In this document: in pieces, positions 29,820 through 38,796 of the stretch | How positions within the stretch are numbered: position 1 is the first letter of the stretch | Layout: every line of letters starts with the position of its first letter | Origin: Candidatus Eiseniibacteriota bacterium | GTDB lineage: Bacteria; Eisenbacteria; RBG-16-71-46; JASEGR01 | Assembly (NCBI GenBank): GCA_030017955.1 | Contig: JASEGR010000001.1 | Coordinates: 13,761-77,760 of the forward strand | Direction of reading: 5' to 3' | Length of the DNA: 64,000 nucleotides | Position numbers and translations under genes: made by a program | Notes under the pieces: generated by a model | Databases searched by the model: none | Seen by the model: only the letters and a program-made list of their open reading frames with translations | Told to the model about the DNA's origin: nothing

Positions 29820-30260
29820 TCAGAAAAGCAAATCCTCCGCAGTCTCCTCGTAGCTCTGCCCGGATCGTGCGAAGTATTGCTCAAACAGTTTTGGATTCCA
29901 GAGCTCAATCCTGTCGAGAATGCCAAAGACCACAACGTCCTTCGAAATCTTCGCCTGCTTGACGAGCGCCGGCGGAAGAGCTATCCTTCCCTGCGAATCC
30001 AGTGTGGCATCGGCAGAGTCAAGGTGCATGATTCTCTGGAATTTCCTCGAATTCTCCTTTGAGACTGGAAGAGATCTGAGCTTGGCTTCAATCTTCACCC
30101 ACTCATCGAGCGGATAGAGTGAGATGCATCCGTCCAGACCTCTTATGATCACGAATGTATTCTGGGCATCAGGCGAGAGTGCCCTTCGAAACTTACTGGG
30201 AATGTTGAGTCTTCCCTTGTGGTCAAGAACGTTGAGATATCTTCCGCGAAACGTCGCCAT
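29820..30260 (-). CDS. mraZ: Transcriptional regulator MraZ
   Basis: F.G.Y..LDHKGRL.IP and LDSQGRIALP repeats, RIELW. Confidence 0.97.
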   Translation of the reverse strand: MATFRGRYLNVLDHKGRLNIPSKFRRALSPDAQNTFVIIRGLDGCISLYPLDEWVKIEAKLRSLPVSKENSRKFQRIMHLDSADATLDSQGRIALPPALVKQAKISKDVVVFGILDRIELWNPKLFEQYFARSGQSYEETAEDLLF

Positions 30261-30284
30261 AGGTTATCGGCCTCACGTATTCCA

Positions 30285-30343
30285 CCACCTTGACCCACTA
30301 CGCACCACATCGGTATACTATTAATCACCTGTATCCCTGTCAA
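30285..30343 (-). promoter_or_regulatory. dcw promoter with three MraZ boxes
   Basis: TTGACA (30343-30338)-N17-TAGTAT (30320-30315); GTGG boxes at 10-bp period (ccac at 30305, 30295 and 30285). Confidence 0.85.
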
Positions 30344-30357
30344 GAGAAAAGTTCGTG

Positions 30358-30366
30358 TGTGGATAA
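30358..30366 (-). promoter_or_regulatory. Consensus DnaA box
   Basis: TTATCCACA on the minus strand, 14 bp upstream of the -35. Confidence 0.6.
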
Positions 30367-30451
30367 AAAATCTGAGCTGCTACGGAGTTTGACTACAGGT
30401 TGTGGTTAATGGCAGGAAATCGGCTTCATAAGGGGGAGCAAGAAGGAGAGC

Positions 30452-32422
30452 TTAATCGCCTGCTGGAAGTTCTGCCACGGCAACCGATTCTTCTCTCTCA
30501 CGGAATGCCTGTTCCATGAGCACCGACACTTCGGAAAGGCGGAATGGCTTCGGCAGCACAAAATCAATGCCTCTGCCTTTGAGGCCGGCATTCTCGATCT
30601 CAACACCCCACCCGGTCATTAAACAGACTACAACGTTCCTGGAGATCTCTTTTGCCTTCTTTGCGACATCCCAACCGTTCATGGGAGACATCCCCAGGTC
30701 GGTGAATACCATGTCGAACTGTTGGCTGGCGAGAAGCGAGATCGCTTCTTCCCCGGAAGATACTTCAGCCACCGTGCATCCCGCCTCCACAAGCATCTCC
30801 CCCAGGACCTTCTGAACGTTCTCTTCATCGTCAACCACAAGCACTTTCAAGTTTGACGGAATTGCCGTGTCGCTGCAGGAGGCCTTCGGCGTCGCGATTT
30901 CCTCACTGGCAACCGGAATTCTGACCGTCACCGTGGTGCCGACCCCCAGTTCGCTGGCGACCAGAATCTCTCCTCCGTGCCTTCCGACTATTCCGTAGGC
31001 CACGCTCATCCCCAGACCTGTTCCCCTGACGCCTTTTGTCGTGAAGAATGGATCGAAGATTCTTCGTTTTTCCTCGGGGCTCATTCCCAATCCTGTGTCT
31101 CTGAGGAAAACGTGCACCCAGTTTGCCTTGGGCTCAGTGCCAATTTCAATTTCTCCACCCTCCGGCATCGCATCAAGGGAATTGACCAGCATATTGGTGA
31201 GAACTTCCCTCAGCTCGGATGCGTCACCCATGACGGGACTCACTCTGCCAAACGATCTGGTTATTCTGTATGTCACGCCCTTCAATTCGGCTTCGTTTTG
31301 CCACCTCGGCCTTGTGAATGAGAGCACGTCCTCGGCGATCTCATTCATGTCGATCCTCTCGAAATTTCTGTCGGTCCTGGTTCGTGTGAAGTCCTGGAGT
31401 CTTCTCACCACGGCTGCGCCGTCTGTGGCGGCTTTCTCTATCACATCCAGGTTTTTGAGCGTCTTCTCATCCTTCGCATTCCTCTTCATTAGCTGTGCTC
31501 TTCCCAGAATGGCCGTAAGAATGTTGTTGAAGTCATGGGCAACTCCGGAAGCCATCTCACCCAGTGCCCTCAGTTTCTCCATGTTCACGAGCTTCTCCTG
31601 GGTCTCCTGAAGATTGCTGTACGAGCTCTTGAGTTCCTGCTCCCTATTTCCCAGCGTTTCCGCCATCTGTCTGAAACTCCGGGAGAGGACACCTATTTCA
31701 TCGGTCTGTGACTCAAGGGGCTCGTGCTGTGACTCTCCATTCTCAAGTGCCTTGACAGCGCGAACAAGCCTGCCTACTGGCTTCGTTACAGTCGAAGACA
31801 GAACAAGAAAACAGACCAGACTTGTGATGAAGGCGACTATCAGCATTTGAACAGAAAACCTGATGGCATCGAGTCCGGCTTCCCGGTGAATGGCGCTGGT
31901 TGAAAGTGACAGTAGGAGTTTTGCTTTGGAACCCTTGGAGCTGCTCTTTCCAATGTCTATTGTTGATCCAACCCAGTAGCGTGAGAATCCGACAGAGACT
32001 CCCTGCTTCATTTGAGCATGCCCGGTTACGACCTCTTGAGCCCTTACAATTCCGTCATTCTCCCATCCCCTGGCAACGATTTCCGGAATTGTCCTCCCGA
32101 TGTACTTCGTCCTTCCGGCAAGAAGAACTTCTCCTGCATCGTTGACCACTACTATTCCCCTTACCATCCTGACTGCACAGAGATTGCCCACTATCCTCTG
32201 TGCGACTGCCCGATCTCCCTTTGACAGAAGTCTTTCCAGGCTGGCTGAAAGACTTTCGACTATTGAAGCTCCCTGTATGTGCAGACTCTCCATTGCCTGC
32301 CGGTGGTGGTTCTTGTACTCCATGTATGAAGTCACGATCGCCCCGGCAAAAACAATGGAAAAGACTGCGACGGCAATCTTCAGAGGGAGAGGTCTTCTTA
32401 TTTTGTCAGGCTCTCTACCCAA
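30452..32422 (-). CDS. Membrane hybrid sensor histidine kinase (periplasmic domain-HAMP-HisKA-HATPase-REC)
   Basis: Two TMs, HAMP (DEIG.L..SF..M), GVAHDFNNIL, N box, DTGLGM, FDPFFTTK, GTGLG; receiver VVDDE..TDLGM..KPF. Confidence 0.95.
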   Translation of the reverse strand: MGREPDKIRRPLPLKIAVAVFSIVFAGAIVTSYMEYKNHHRQAMESLHIQGASIVESLSASLERLLSKGDRAVAQRIVGNLCAVRMVRGIVVVNDAGEVLLAGRTKYIGRTIPEIVARGWENDGIVRAQEVVTGHAQMKQGVSVGFSRYWVGSTIDIGKSSSKGSKAKLLLSLSTSAIHREAGLDAIRFSVQMLIVAFITSLVCFLVLSSTVTKPVGRLVRAVKALENGESQHEPLESQTDEIGVLSRSFRQMAETLGNREQELKSSYSNLQETQEKLVNMEKLRALGEMASGVAHDFNNILTAILGRAQLMKRNAKDEKTLKNLDVIEKAATDGAAVVRRLQDFTRTRTDRNFERIDMNEIAEDVLSFTRPRWQNEAELKGVTYRITRSFGRVSPVMGDASELREVLTNMLVNSLDAMPEGGEIEIGTEPKANWVHVFLRDTGLGMSPEEKRRIFDPFFTTKGVRGTGLGMSVAYGIVGRHGGEILVASELGVGTTVTVRIPVASEEIATPKASCSDTAIPSNLKVLVVDDEENVQKVLGEMLVEAGCTVAEVSSGEEAISLLASQQFDMVFTDLGMSPMNGWDVAKKAKEISRNVVVCLMTGWGVEIENAGLKGRGIDFVLPKPFRLSEVSVLMEQAFREREESVAVAELPAGD

Positions 32423-33396
32423 AGAACTCCCTTCGTAAGAAGATCCAGAAGCGGTTTTCTGTCAAGAATCATGTTTGAACTGACTCGCTTGTCGGTCATC
32501 CCGATTGAATAGAGAGTCTGTGACACGTGATCGGCAGTCTCGTAGAGCGGGCCGGGCATGTTTTCCATTCCGAACGCCGCAAGATTCAATCTCAAATCAA
32601 GAACATTCACTCCGTTCAATCCGACCGAAAATTCCTCCGGTTTCACATTCATGCACTCTGCCATTATCAGAGACGCTTCTGCAGGATGTTTCCTCCAATA
32701 TGAGAGCGCCCTCAGCCATGCTTTGAGAATGGCAGGCACAACGTTCGGATTCTTTTCAGTCACATCTTGTCTAAAGCAGATGACGTCAACGATTTCCCAG
32801 GGAATTTCCCGTGATGTGAACAGGAGAGTTCCTCGTCCTTTGGCCATCCTCGAAAGAAATGGCTCCCACGTTACCGCAGCATCGAGAGTGCCGTCGTTGA
32901 ACATTTTCTCAGCTTCCGGAGGAGAAATATCAACGAGTTCAAGCTCGCTCGCCTGCACCCCGCTCTTCTCAAGCGCTCTGGTCAGTGTAAAGTGCCCGAG
33001 AGAAGCGTTCTCCAGTCCCACTCTCTTTCCCCTGAGGTCTTTCAAGGAAGTGATGCCGCTCCGGGCCACAATTCCGGCCCCCCCGTAAGAATAGTCAATG
33101 ACAAACGGAATACTCACTCTCGTTCCGCGGGAGGCAAGTATTTCTGCATCGACCATGGTGGTGAGGGAAACATCTACGTTCCCTTTTTCAAGCGCAACAC
33201 GCGAATCGTGGGGCGACAAGAACTCTATGATCTCAACATCTATTCCCTCATCCTTGAAGAACCCCTTTTCTTCTACCAGAAAGAGGAGGGAATACGCGGG
33301 CCTGATATCCAGCCCTATCCTGATAGGCTCTCTCAGGGCAGGCTGACATGAAAAAGCAGATAACAACAGAGAAAGGATAACCAGTGTTTTGCGCAC
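32398..33396 (-). CDS. ABC-type substrate-binding lipoprotein (NMT1/SsuA-like)
   Basis: Lipobox LLSAFSC; KGFFKDEGIDVE, DLRGKRVG, DAAVTWEPF. Confidence 0.9.
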   Translation of the reverse strand: MRKTLVILSLLLSAFSCQPALREPIRIGLDIRPAYSLLFLVEEKGFFKDEGIDVEIIEFLSPHDSRVALEKGNVDVSLTTMVDAEILASRGTRVSIPFVIDYSYGGAGIVARSGITSLKDLRGKRVGLENASLGHFTLTRALEKSGVQASELELVDISPPEAEKMFNDGTLDAAVTWEPFLSRMAKGRGTLLFTSREIPWEIVDVICFRQDVTEKNPNVVPAILKAWLRALSYWRKHPAEASLIMAECMNVKPEEFSVGLNGVNVLDLRLNLAAFGMENMPGPLYETADHVSQTLYSIGMTDKRVSSNMILDRKPLLDLLTKGVLWVESLTK

Positions 33397-33437
33397 AGAA
33401 ATCCCTTTCTAAGGCATTATAGCCTTCTGGGATATTA

Positions 33438-33464
33438 GTATCGGCGATTCCGGGGGATTCTTGA
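33438..33464 (-). promoter_or_regulatory. sigma28 (FliA/WhiG)-like promoter
   Basis: TCAAG-N14-GCCGATAC upstream of the binding-protein gene; a TATAAT also lies at 33416-33421. Confidence 0.55.
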
Positions 33465-33469
33465 CCCTT

Positions 33470-34981
33470 CTATTCGTCCTTGAGCGTTTTCCAGTCTATC
33501 GAATAGAGGGTGTAGAAAACAGGAGTTGGCCTCGTTATTCCAAGTCCGGAAATTGAGCCTGTCATAACGGGCCGGAGGGACGCGCGCAGTCTTTCATCAT
33601 TCATCAGGCGTTCCTTTATCTGTGATCTGTCAACAAGATAGTCGGTTCTCTCGTATCTTCCGAAGCTCAGGTCCGACGCAACTTTTTCGACATCGAACTC
33701 TCTCTCTCTCAGAAGGTCCATCAGATGAGGTGAAACCAATGCTCCCAAATCAAGCACTCTTCTGTCGGAATAGTAGCCAATTGCGCCAACGTCAGTCACG
33801 GCAACGGTGGCAAGAGGAGGCGAATTCGATTTGAGCCACTTCCCAATCGGGATCAGGGATTCATTCATCCCTTTGGAGAAGTTCTTTGTATGGGGATAGG
33901 CCTCGAATCTCAGGATATAAAGGTTCACGGAGATTGCGAAAACCGCAAGGAGCGTTGCCCACAAGGCGGCTTTGCCGGCTTTTCCCCGAAACGAGTCATA
34001 GATGGATTCAAGTGAGAGAAATCCCAGAAGGGTCACCGCCGGCAGAACCGGGGCAAGATATCTGGAGAGCACTTCGACCCCCCGCAGAATGTAAAACGAA
34101 GGTAGAAGCGCAAGCCACAGTATGAGGATGAATCTCTCGTTGAGAAGCCGGGGCAACTTCTTCAGTCCTCCGGACGAGACGACCATGATGATGAACAAGA
34201 CGATTGCCAGGATCTCCGGCCCCTGAGTCGCAAGGATTATCTTGCCTGATCTCAGCGCGGCACCAAGTACCTCCGCACCGCTATGTGCGAATCTTCCTGC
34301 TTTGACAAGGGCCGTTGTCGGGATCACAGTGCCGAATGTTCTTTCCGCATAGATCAGCCAGGGCGAGAGAACAACAACATTCAAGACCAACGAAAACACA
34401 AAGCTCCTGAGCCTTCTTCCCTTCCAAGTGAGCCTGCCGGCCAGCATGAGAACAGCGAGGAGAGCCCCTTCCGGCCGGGAAAGAGCAGAGAGTGCGGAGA
34501 AGATAGGAGAGACTCCGAAACTTGTTCCTCTCAGCTTTTCCCTCTCGTGCAAGAAAATGGAAAGAAGGACAGTAAACACGACAAGCGAGGTTTCCATTCC
34601 CGAGAGGGACCACCTCACGACCCACGCGTCGAACGTGAAAGCGAATACTGCGCCGATGACGAATTCTTTTCTCTTCAATGACAGCGATGCAAGGCGGAAG
34701 AAGACAAAAATCGAGCCAAGGGAGAAGATGAAACCGAGAATCTTGCTCACCGCGGGAAGGTCCTGGGTCGCGCTGCCAAACAAGGCAACCAGAAAGACCC
34801 AGAGGGGGCTGGTGGCGCCAAGAACGGCCTCGCCCGTGTTGAAGCACAATCCGTAGCCGTTCTTCAGATTCTTCGCATACTGAAGGTGTATGAACGTGTC
34901 GTCTGTGATATAGCCGAGGAACGGAATCTCCACCAGAACGAAAAGGAGCAAGATTGACAGCCACAGCGTTCTATTCTTCAT
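33470..34981 (-). CDS. Polytopic membrane protein, GT-C/ArnT-like glycosyltransferase
   Basis: TDDTFI..QYA.N...G after TM1, GATSPLW, SGMET, RPEG, RYL.P, DVGAIGYYS. Confidence 0.8.
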   Translation of the reverse strand: MKNRTLWLSILLLFVLVEIPFLGYITDDTFIHLQYAKNLKNGYGLCFNTGEAVLGATSPLWVFLVALFGSATQDLPAVSKILGFIFSLGSIFVFFRLASLSLKRKEFVIGAVFAFTFDAWVVRWSLSGMETSLVVFTVLLSIFLHEREKLRGTSFGVSPIFSALSALSRPEGALLAVLMLAGRLTWKGRRLRSFVFSLVLNVVVLSPWLIYAERTFGTVIPTTALVKAGRFAHSGAEVLGAALRSGKIILATQGPEILAIVLFIIMVVSSGGLKKLPRLLNERFILILWLALLPSFYILRGVEVLSRYLAPVLPAVTLLGFLSLESIYDSFRGKAGKAALWATLLAVFAISVNLYILRFEAYPHTKNFSKGMNESLIPIGKWLKSNSPPLATVAVTDVGAIGYYSDRRVLDLGALVSPHLMDLLREREFDVEKVASDLSFGRYERTDYLVDRSQIKERLMNDERLRASLRPVMTGSISGLGITRPTPVFYTLYSIDWKTLKDE

Positions 34982-35014
34982 TGTCGCTTACCTCTGTTGA
35001 GCCGCCGCTCTTCG

Positions 35015-35181
35015 AGATGTCCTTTCCCTCCTGCCGAGAATGTCGATCCTTCTCGGACTCGCTCACTCGAATTTGTGAACTCGGCCTACGGCCTCAGACA
35101 GCACAAATTCGCCCCTTCGGGTCACTCCCTCGTCCAAGAAGGGACTCCAGAGATTCTCGGAAAGTCGGTTCAAGGACATCT
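35015..35181. repeat. Nested palindromic (MITE/REP-like) intergenic element
   Basis: agatgtcctt/aaggacatct, ccgagaat/attctcgg, ccttctcggac/gtccaagaagg, cgaatttgtg/cacaaattcg. Confidence 0.75.
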
Positions 35182-35214
35182 TTCCAACGTCGCGACCGGA
35201 CCAGAGTCTGGCTG

Positions 35215-36147
35215 CTATCGTTTCCACTTCAGGCCCCCTGCGTAGCAGTAGAACACCAGGAAGTCTATTAGCTTGAACGTGACCGGGCTTGCAGGCGTGC
35301 GTTCGGCAATGAAGCGCCCAGTCCGGAAGAAGGGCTTTCTCAGGAAGACTGAGAGCAGCAGCTTCCTCGCAATGTCGCCCCAACTATCCTCTCCTACTGC
35401 CGGGCACTCAAGAAGATTCAGTCTCAGCACCTTCCTGAGCTCGGGATGTTTGTCAATGAGGATTCTCAGGGACGATTTTCCGCACAGCACTTTTTTCTCA
35501 AGGAACTCATCAAGTGAGTGCCTGTGGATGTGGAAGGACTTGGCATTCTCCGCATAGACAAACTCTCCTCCCACCTTTCCCATCCGGTGCCCCAGGTCGA
35601 CGTCCTCAAAGCCATAGGTGACAAACTCCGGGTCAAAGAGTCCGACCGAAATGAGGAATTCCCTCTTCACAGACGAGTTGTTTGTCAGGAAATACCGTGG
35701 CGGGATGTTCTTCTTGTCCTTCACCTTCTTGACACCTCTGGTATCCAGGTATCTCGAAACCGAAGAGCCATTTGCCTCCGGCGCGGTTGACACATTTCCT
35801 ATTACGACCCTTTTCCGCGCGTCGCCCTGGGCAGTGACGTGAGCCTGAATGAAATCGGGTCCGACGATCATGTCATCGTCAAGAAATACGACTATCTCTC
35901 CAGTTGCACGGAGAATCCCGGTATTCCTCGATGGTGCCCTTCCTCTTGTCTCGGCATGTCTCTCAAATACCAGCGGAACCGGATGCGGACTCGCAAGAAT
36001 TTCGGAAGTGCCGTCCCGTGAACCGTCATCAACGACAACGATCTCAAACCGGGAGCCATCGAACCTCTGAGAGAAGAGTGCACCGAGTGTCCTGGAAAGA
36101 AGGTGCTTCTTATTGCACGTTGGAATGACGACGCTCACCTTTTTCAA
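35215..36147 (-). CDS. Glycosyltransferase family 2
   Basis: VSVVIPT, VVDDGSRD, FLDDD, GFEDVDL. Confidence 0.93.
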   Translation of the reverse strand: MKKVSVVIPTCNKKHLLSRTLGALFSQRFDGSRFEIVVVDDGSRDGTSEILASPHPVPLVFERHAETRGRAPSRNTGILRATGEIVVFLDDDMIVGPDFIQAHVTAQGDARKRVVIGNVSTAPEANGSSVSRYLDTRGVKKVKDKKNIPPRYFLTNNSSVKREFLISVGLFDPEFVTYGFEDVDLGHRMGKVGGEFVYAENAKSFHIHRHSLDEFLEKKVLCGKSSLRILIDKHPELRKVLRLNLLECPAVGEDSWGDIARKLLLSVFLRKPFFRTGRFIAERTPASPVTFKLIDFLVFYCYAGGLKWKR

Positions 36148-36153
36148 AGAGAT

Positions 36154-37242
36154 TCACCTTCCCGCTGCAAATCGTTTGTAGATCTGGTCCATCTTCTCCA
36201 TGTTCTTCCTGTGATCTGCACGGCTGGACACAATCTCACGGGATACTTTGCCAAACTCTTTTCTCTTATCCGGATTCTTGAGGAGATAGAGAAGCGCGCC
36301 GACCAACTCCTCCCTGCTCCCGGGTTCCACGACCATCCCGTTTTTCCCGTTTTCTATCCACTCAAGACTTGATTTCAGGCTGCTCACAACGATTGCGGCA
36401 CCACAGGCCATCGCCTCAAGAAGCGAGACTGCAGTTGCATCCACCGAAGGGACAGTGACGAAGACATCCGAGGCCCTGACGAGGCCTGGAAGTTTCTCAT
36501 GAGCCACCCTTCCCAGAAAAATCGTGGAAGAGGAAATACCAAGTTTTCTCGCTTTGTCAACAAATCGTGAATCATCGCCTTCATAGCCGGTGAAAATATA
36601 CTTTGCATTCGGAAAGCTCTTCAAGATATCCGGGATGGAATCAACGATGACATCAATGTTGTAGTAGTCTTTCGTGAAGCTCCTCGTACTGAGAATGACC
36701 GGCTCATCCTCTTTGATCCCGAGTTCCCGTCGCGTATCTGTCGCAACAGTCGGATCGAACCTGCTCAGGTCAACACCCCACTGGATAACTGTCGCGTTAT
36801 CTCGTTTCGCACCCATGCGGATGGCTTCCTCAACTATGTCTGCCGAGTCGCCAGTCACGAAATCTGCCTTCCCGAGAGCATATCTGGCCAGAAACCCTTT
36901 CAGAGCAGACTCCCTCGGAGTCAGGTAAACGTCATCGCCCCAGACCGTCAGAATGAACGGATGGAAGTTCGAAAACGCCCCCCAGTATCCGTAGCCGGTA
37001 AGGAAATGAGTATGCAATATGTCGGGGTTAAGCTTCGAGAGAATCTTCTTGATTCTTATGAGGCCGAAAGCGTATTTGATGGGTTTCGGGAGTGAGGAAA
37101 AACCTATCTGATGGACAGGAATTCCGTCCATCTTGCAGGGTTGTGAAGTTATCAGATGAACTTCATACCCTTTGTCCCGGAAAAAACAAAGCCATCGTTC
37201 GGTGTGTATATGATTCCCAATTGAGAGGTAAGCTATTTTCAC
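36154..37242 (-). CDS. Glycosyltransferase family 4
   Basis: PDILHTH, WGVDL, SDVFV..S..DA...SLLEAMACG. Confidence 0.92.
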   Translation of the reverse strand: MKIAYLSIGNHIHTERWLCFFRDKGYEVHLITSQPCKMDGIPVHQIGFSSLPKPIKYAFGLIRIKKILSKLNPDILHTHFLTGYGYWGAFSNFHPFILTVWGDDVYLTPRESALKGFLARYALGKADFVTGDSADIVEEAIRMGAKRDNATVIQWGVDLSRFDPTVATDTRRELGIKEDEPVILSTRSFTKDYYNIDVIVDSIPDILKSFPNAKYIFTGYEGDDSRFVDKARKLGISSSTIFLGRVAHEKLPGLVRASDVFVTVPSVDATAVSLLEAMACGAAIVVSSLKSSLEWIENGKNGMVVEPGSREELVGALLYLLKNPDKRKEFGKVSREIVSSRADHRKNMEKMDQIYKRFAAGR

Positions 37243-37266
37243 GCTGTCTCCGCTCTGCCCCTTCCC

Positions 37267-38796
37267 TTATCTTCTCAGAACTCTCTTCGGCCAGTCGAGC
37301 AAAAACCTGATTGTTCCAACCAGTTTCCTGTTCGTCAGAAGCTCCTCAATCCTTCCTCTTTCCGCCTCGTCGAATATCCCGCCGAAGGCAACTCCCAGAT
37401 TGAAGATTATGAGAACCGGAAGCGTCACAGCAAACAAAACGAGAATGTTTGAAGGATGAAAGATTTCCGCAAGAACGGCTGAGCAAAGGAAAGCCGGCGC
37501 TGCAGACAGAACCAGCCGTCCAGGGCAAATATCGGCAAAACTGAACTCCAGGTAGACTCTCGCAAAACGGATATTGAGAAACAGGATACAGATGGATGCG
37601 AAAGCCTGCGAAATCATCATGCCCCACAATCCCAGTCTTCCGATCAGGAGAACTCCCGAGAAAAGGTATATCACGTACCAGGCAAGATCCGATCCTACGG
37701 AAAGGCCGATCCTGCCGGTGGCCCTCAGGGTGGTAGTCACCGAGGAATAGAGACAGGCAAGAGGCACGAGGAATGCCATGAACAGTAGAAGGGGCTCACT
37801 TCCCTGAAACTCTTTGCTGGTCACAAGGAGAACAAGAGCCCTGTTGCCCAGGACGACAAAGCAGAGGACCAGAAATCCCAGGAGAAACTCAATCTTCATC
37901 AGAAGCGTGAGGTCGGCCCTTATCTCACGGTTTCCCTTCTCCCATTTCCTTGTGATCTCTGGTGAGACCGCAAGGAGCGGAAGGAACAGAAGCTTCTTGA
38001 AGAAATACATTATCCTCGATGCCACGTGAAGAAGTGACACTGCCTGAAAGCTCATGAAGCCGCCGACCACCAGCCGGTCCGAGTTCTCCAAGCCGAGTCC
38101 GATGAAAGTCATGAGGCACGCACCTTTCCAGAAGCTGGAAACCTCTGACGCGGCGCCCAACATTGTTAGCTTTCTCTCGCCTTTCCGCCGGAAGAACAGG
38201 AGCCAGAGAGTTGCAAGTGAAACTATGACTACAATCGCCCCTATGGTGATGAAGACTTTGAAGAGAGCCATGACATCGAGCCGATTTCTGATCACAAAGA
38301 TCCACAGGGTGACAAGTCCTTGAAAAAGTATTTCGAAGACAAAAGGAAAGGTCATTCTCGATAGACCGTTGAATGCACCGTAGATGATGGCCCTCAAGAC
38401 TCCGAAAGCCACGTACGTTGAGGCGAGGAGTATTATCTTCAGACCGAGCGGGGACTCGTGGAAGAGCGAAGATAATCTTCCTCCGAAGGCAATCAATGGA
38501 ATGATCAGAACGACTGCCATGAAACTGGAGAGAATCAGGGAGAATCTGACAAGGTCTCTGGATTTCTCTCTCTCGCCTCTCGCCTCAAACAGAGGAATGA
38601 ATCTGAGTAGAACGAAAGGCAGCCCCAGCTCCATCAGGGCGCCGAAAATTGCGCCCGCCGCGACGCTGGAGGCATAGATGCCGAAACCTATCGGTCCGAG
38701 CCAGACGGCAATTATTTTCGCTTGAATGAGTGTGAAAAAGAGGGTTGAAAAGTGGGATGCAAAAAGGGCGAGAGTGTTTCCCGCAACTCTTTTCAT
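37267..38796 (-). CDS. Oligosaccharide flippase (Wzx/MOP family)
   Basis: About 12-14 TMs; LGP.GFG.Y, LG....L.RFIP, DRLVVG. Confidence 0.85.
   Translation of the reverse strand: MKRVAGNTLALFASHFSTLFFTLIQAKIIAVWLGPIGFGIYASSVAAGAIFGALMELGLPFVLLRFIPLFEARGEREKSRDLVRFSLILSSFMAVVLIIPLIAFGGRLSSLFHESPLGLKIILLASTYVAFGVLRAIIYGAFNGLSRMTFPFVFEILFQGLVTLWIFVIRNRLDVMALFKVFITIGAIVVIVSLATLWLLFFRRKGERKLTMLGAASEVSSFWKGACLMTFIGLGLENSDRLVVGGFMSFQAVSLLHVASRIMYFFKKLLFLPLLAVSPEITRKWEKGNREIRADLTLLMKIEFLLGFLVLCFVVLGNRALVLLVTSKEFQGSEPLLLFMAFLVPLACLYSSVTTTLRATGRIGLSVGSDLAWYVIYLFSGVLLIGRLGLWGMMISQAFASICILFLNIRFARVYLEFSFADICPGRLVLSAAPAFLCSAVLAEIFHPSNILVLFAVTLPVLIIFNLGVAFGGIFDEAERGRIEELLTNRKLVGTIRFLLDWPKRVLRR

Noticed and set aside
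30264..30293. sigma28-like TCAAG..GCCGATAA before mraZ
   Set aside because: The spacing is 17 rather than 14 bp, it is only 3 nt from the ATG, and a good sigma70 promoter already explains the region.
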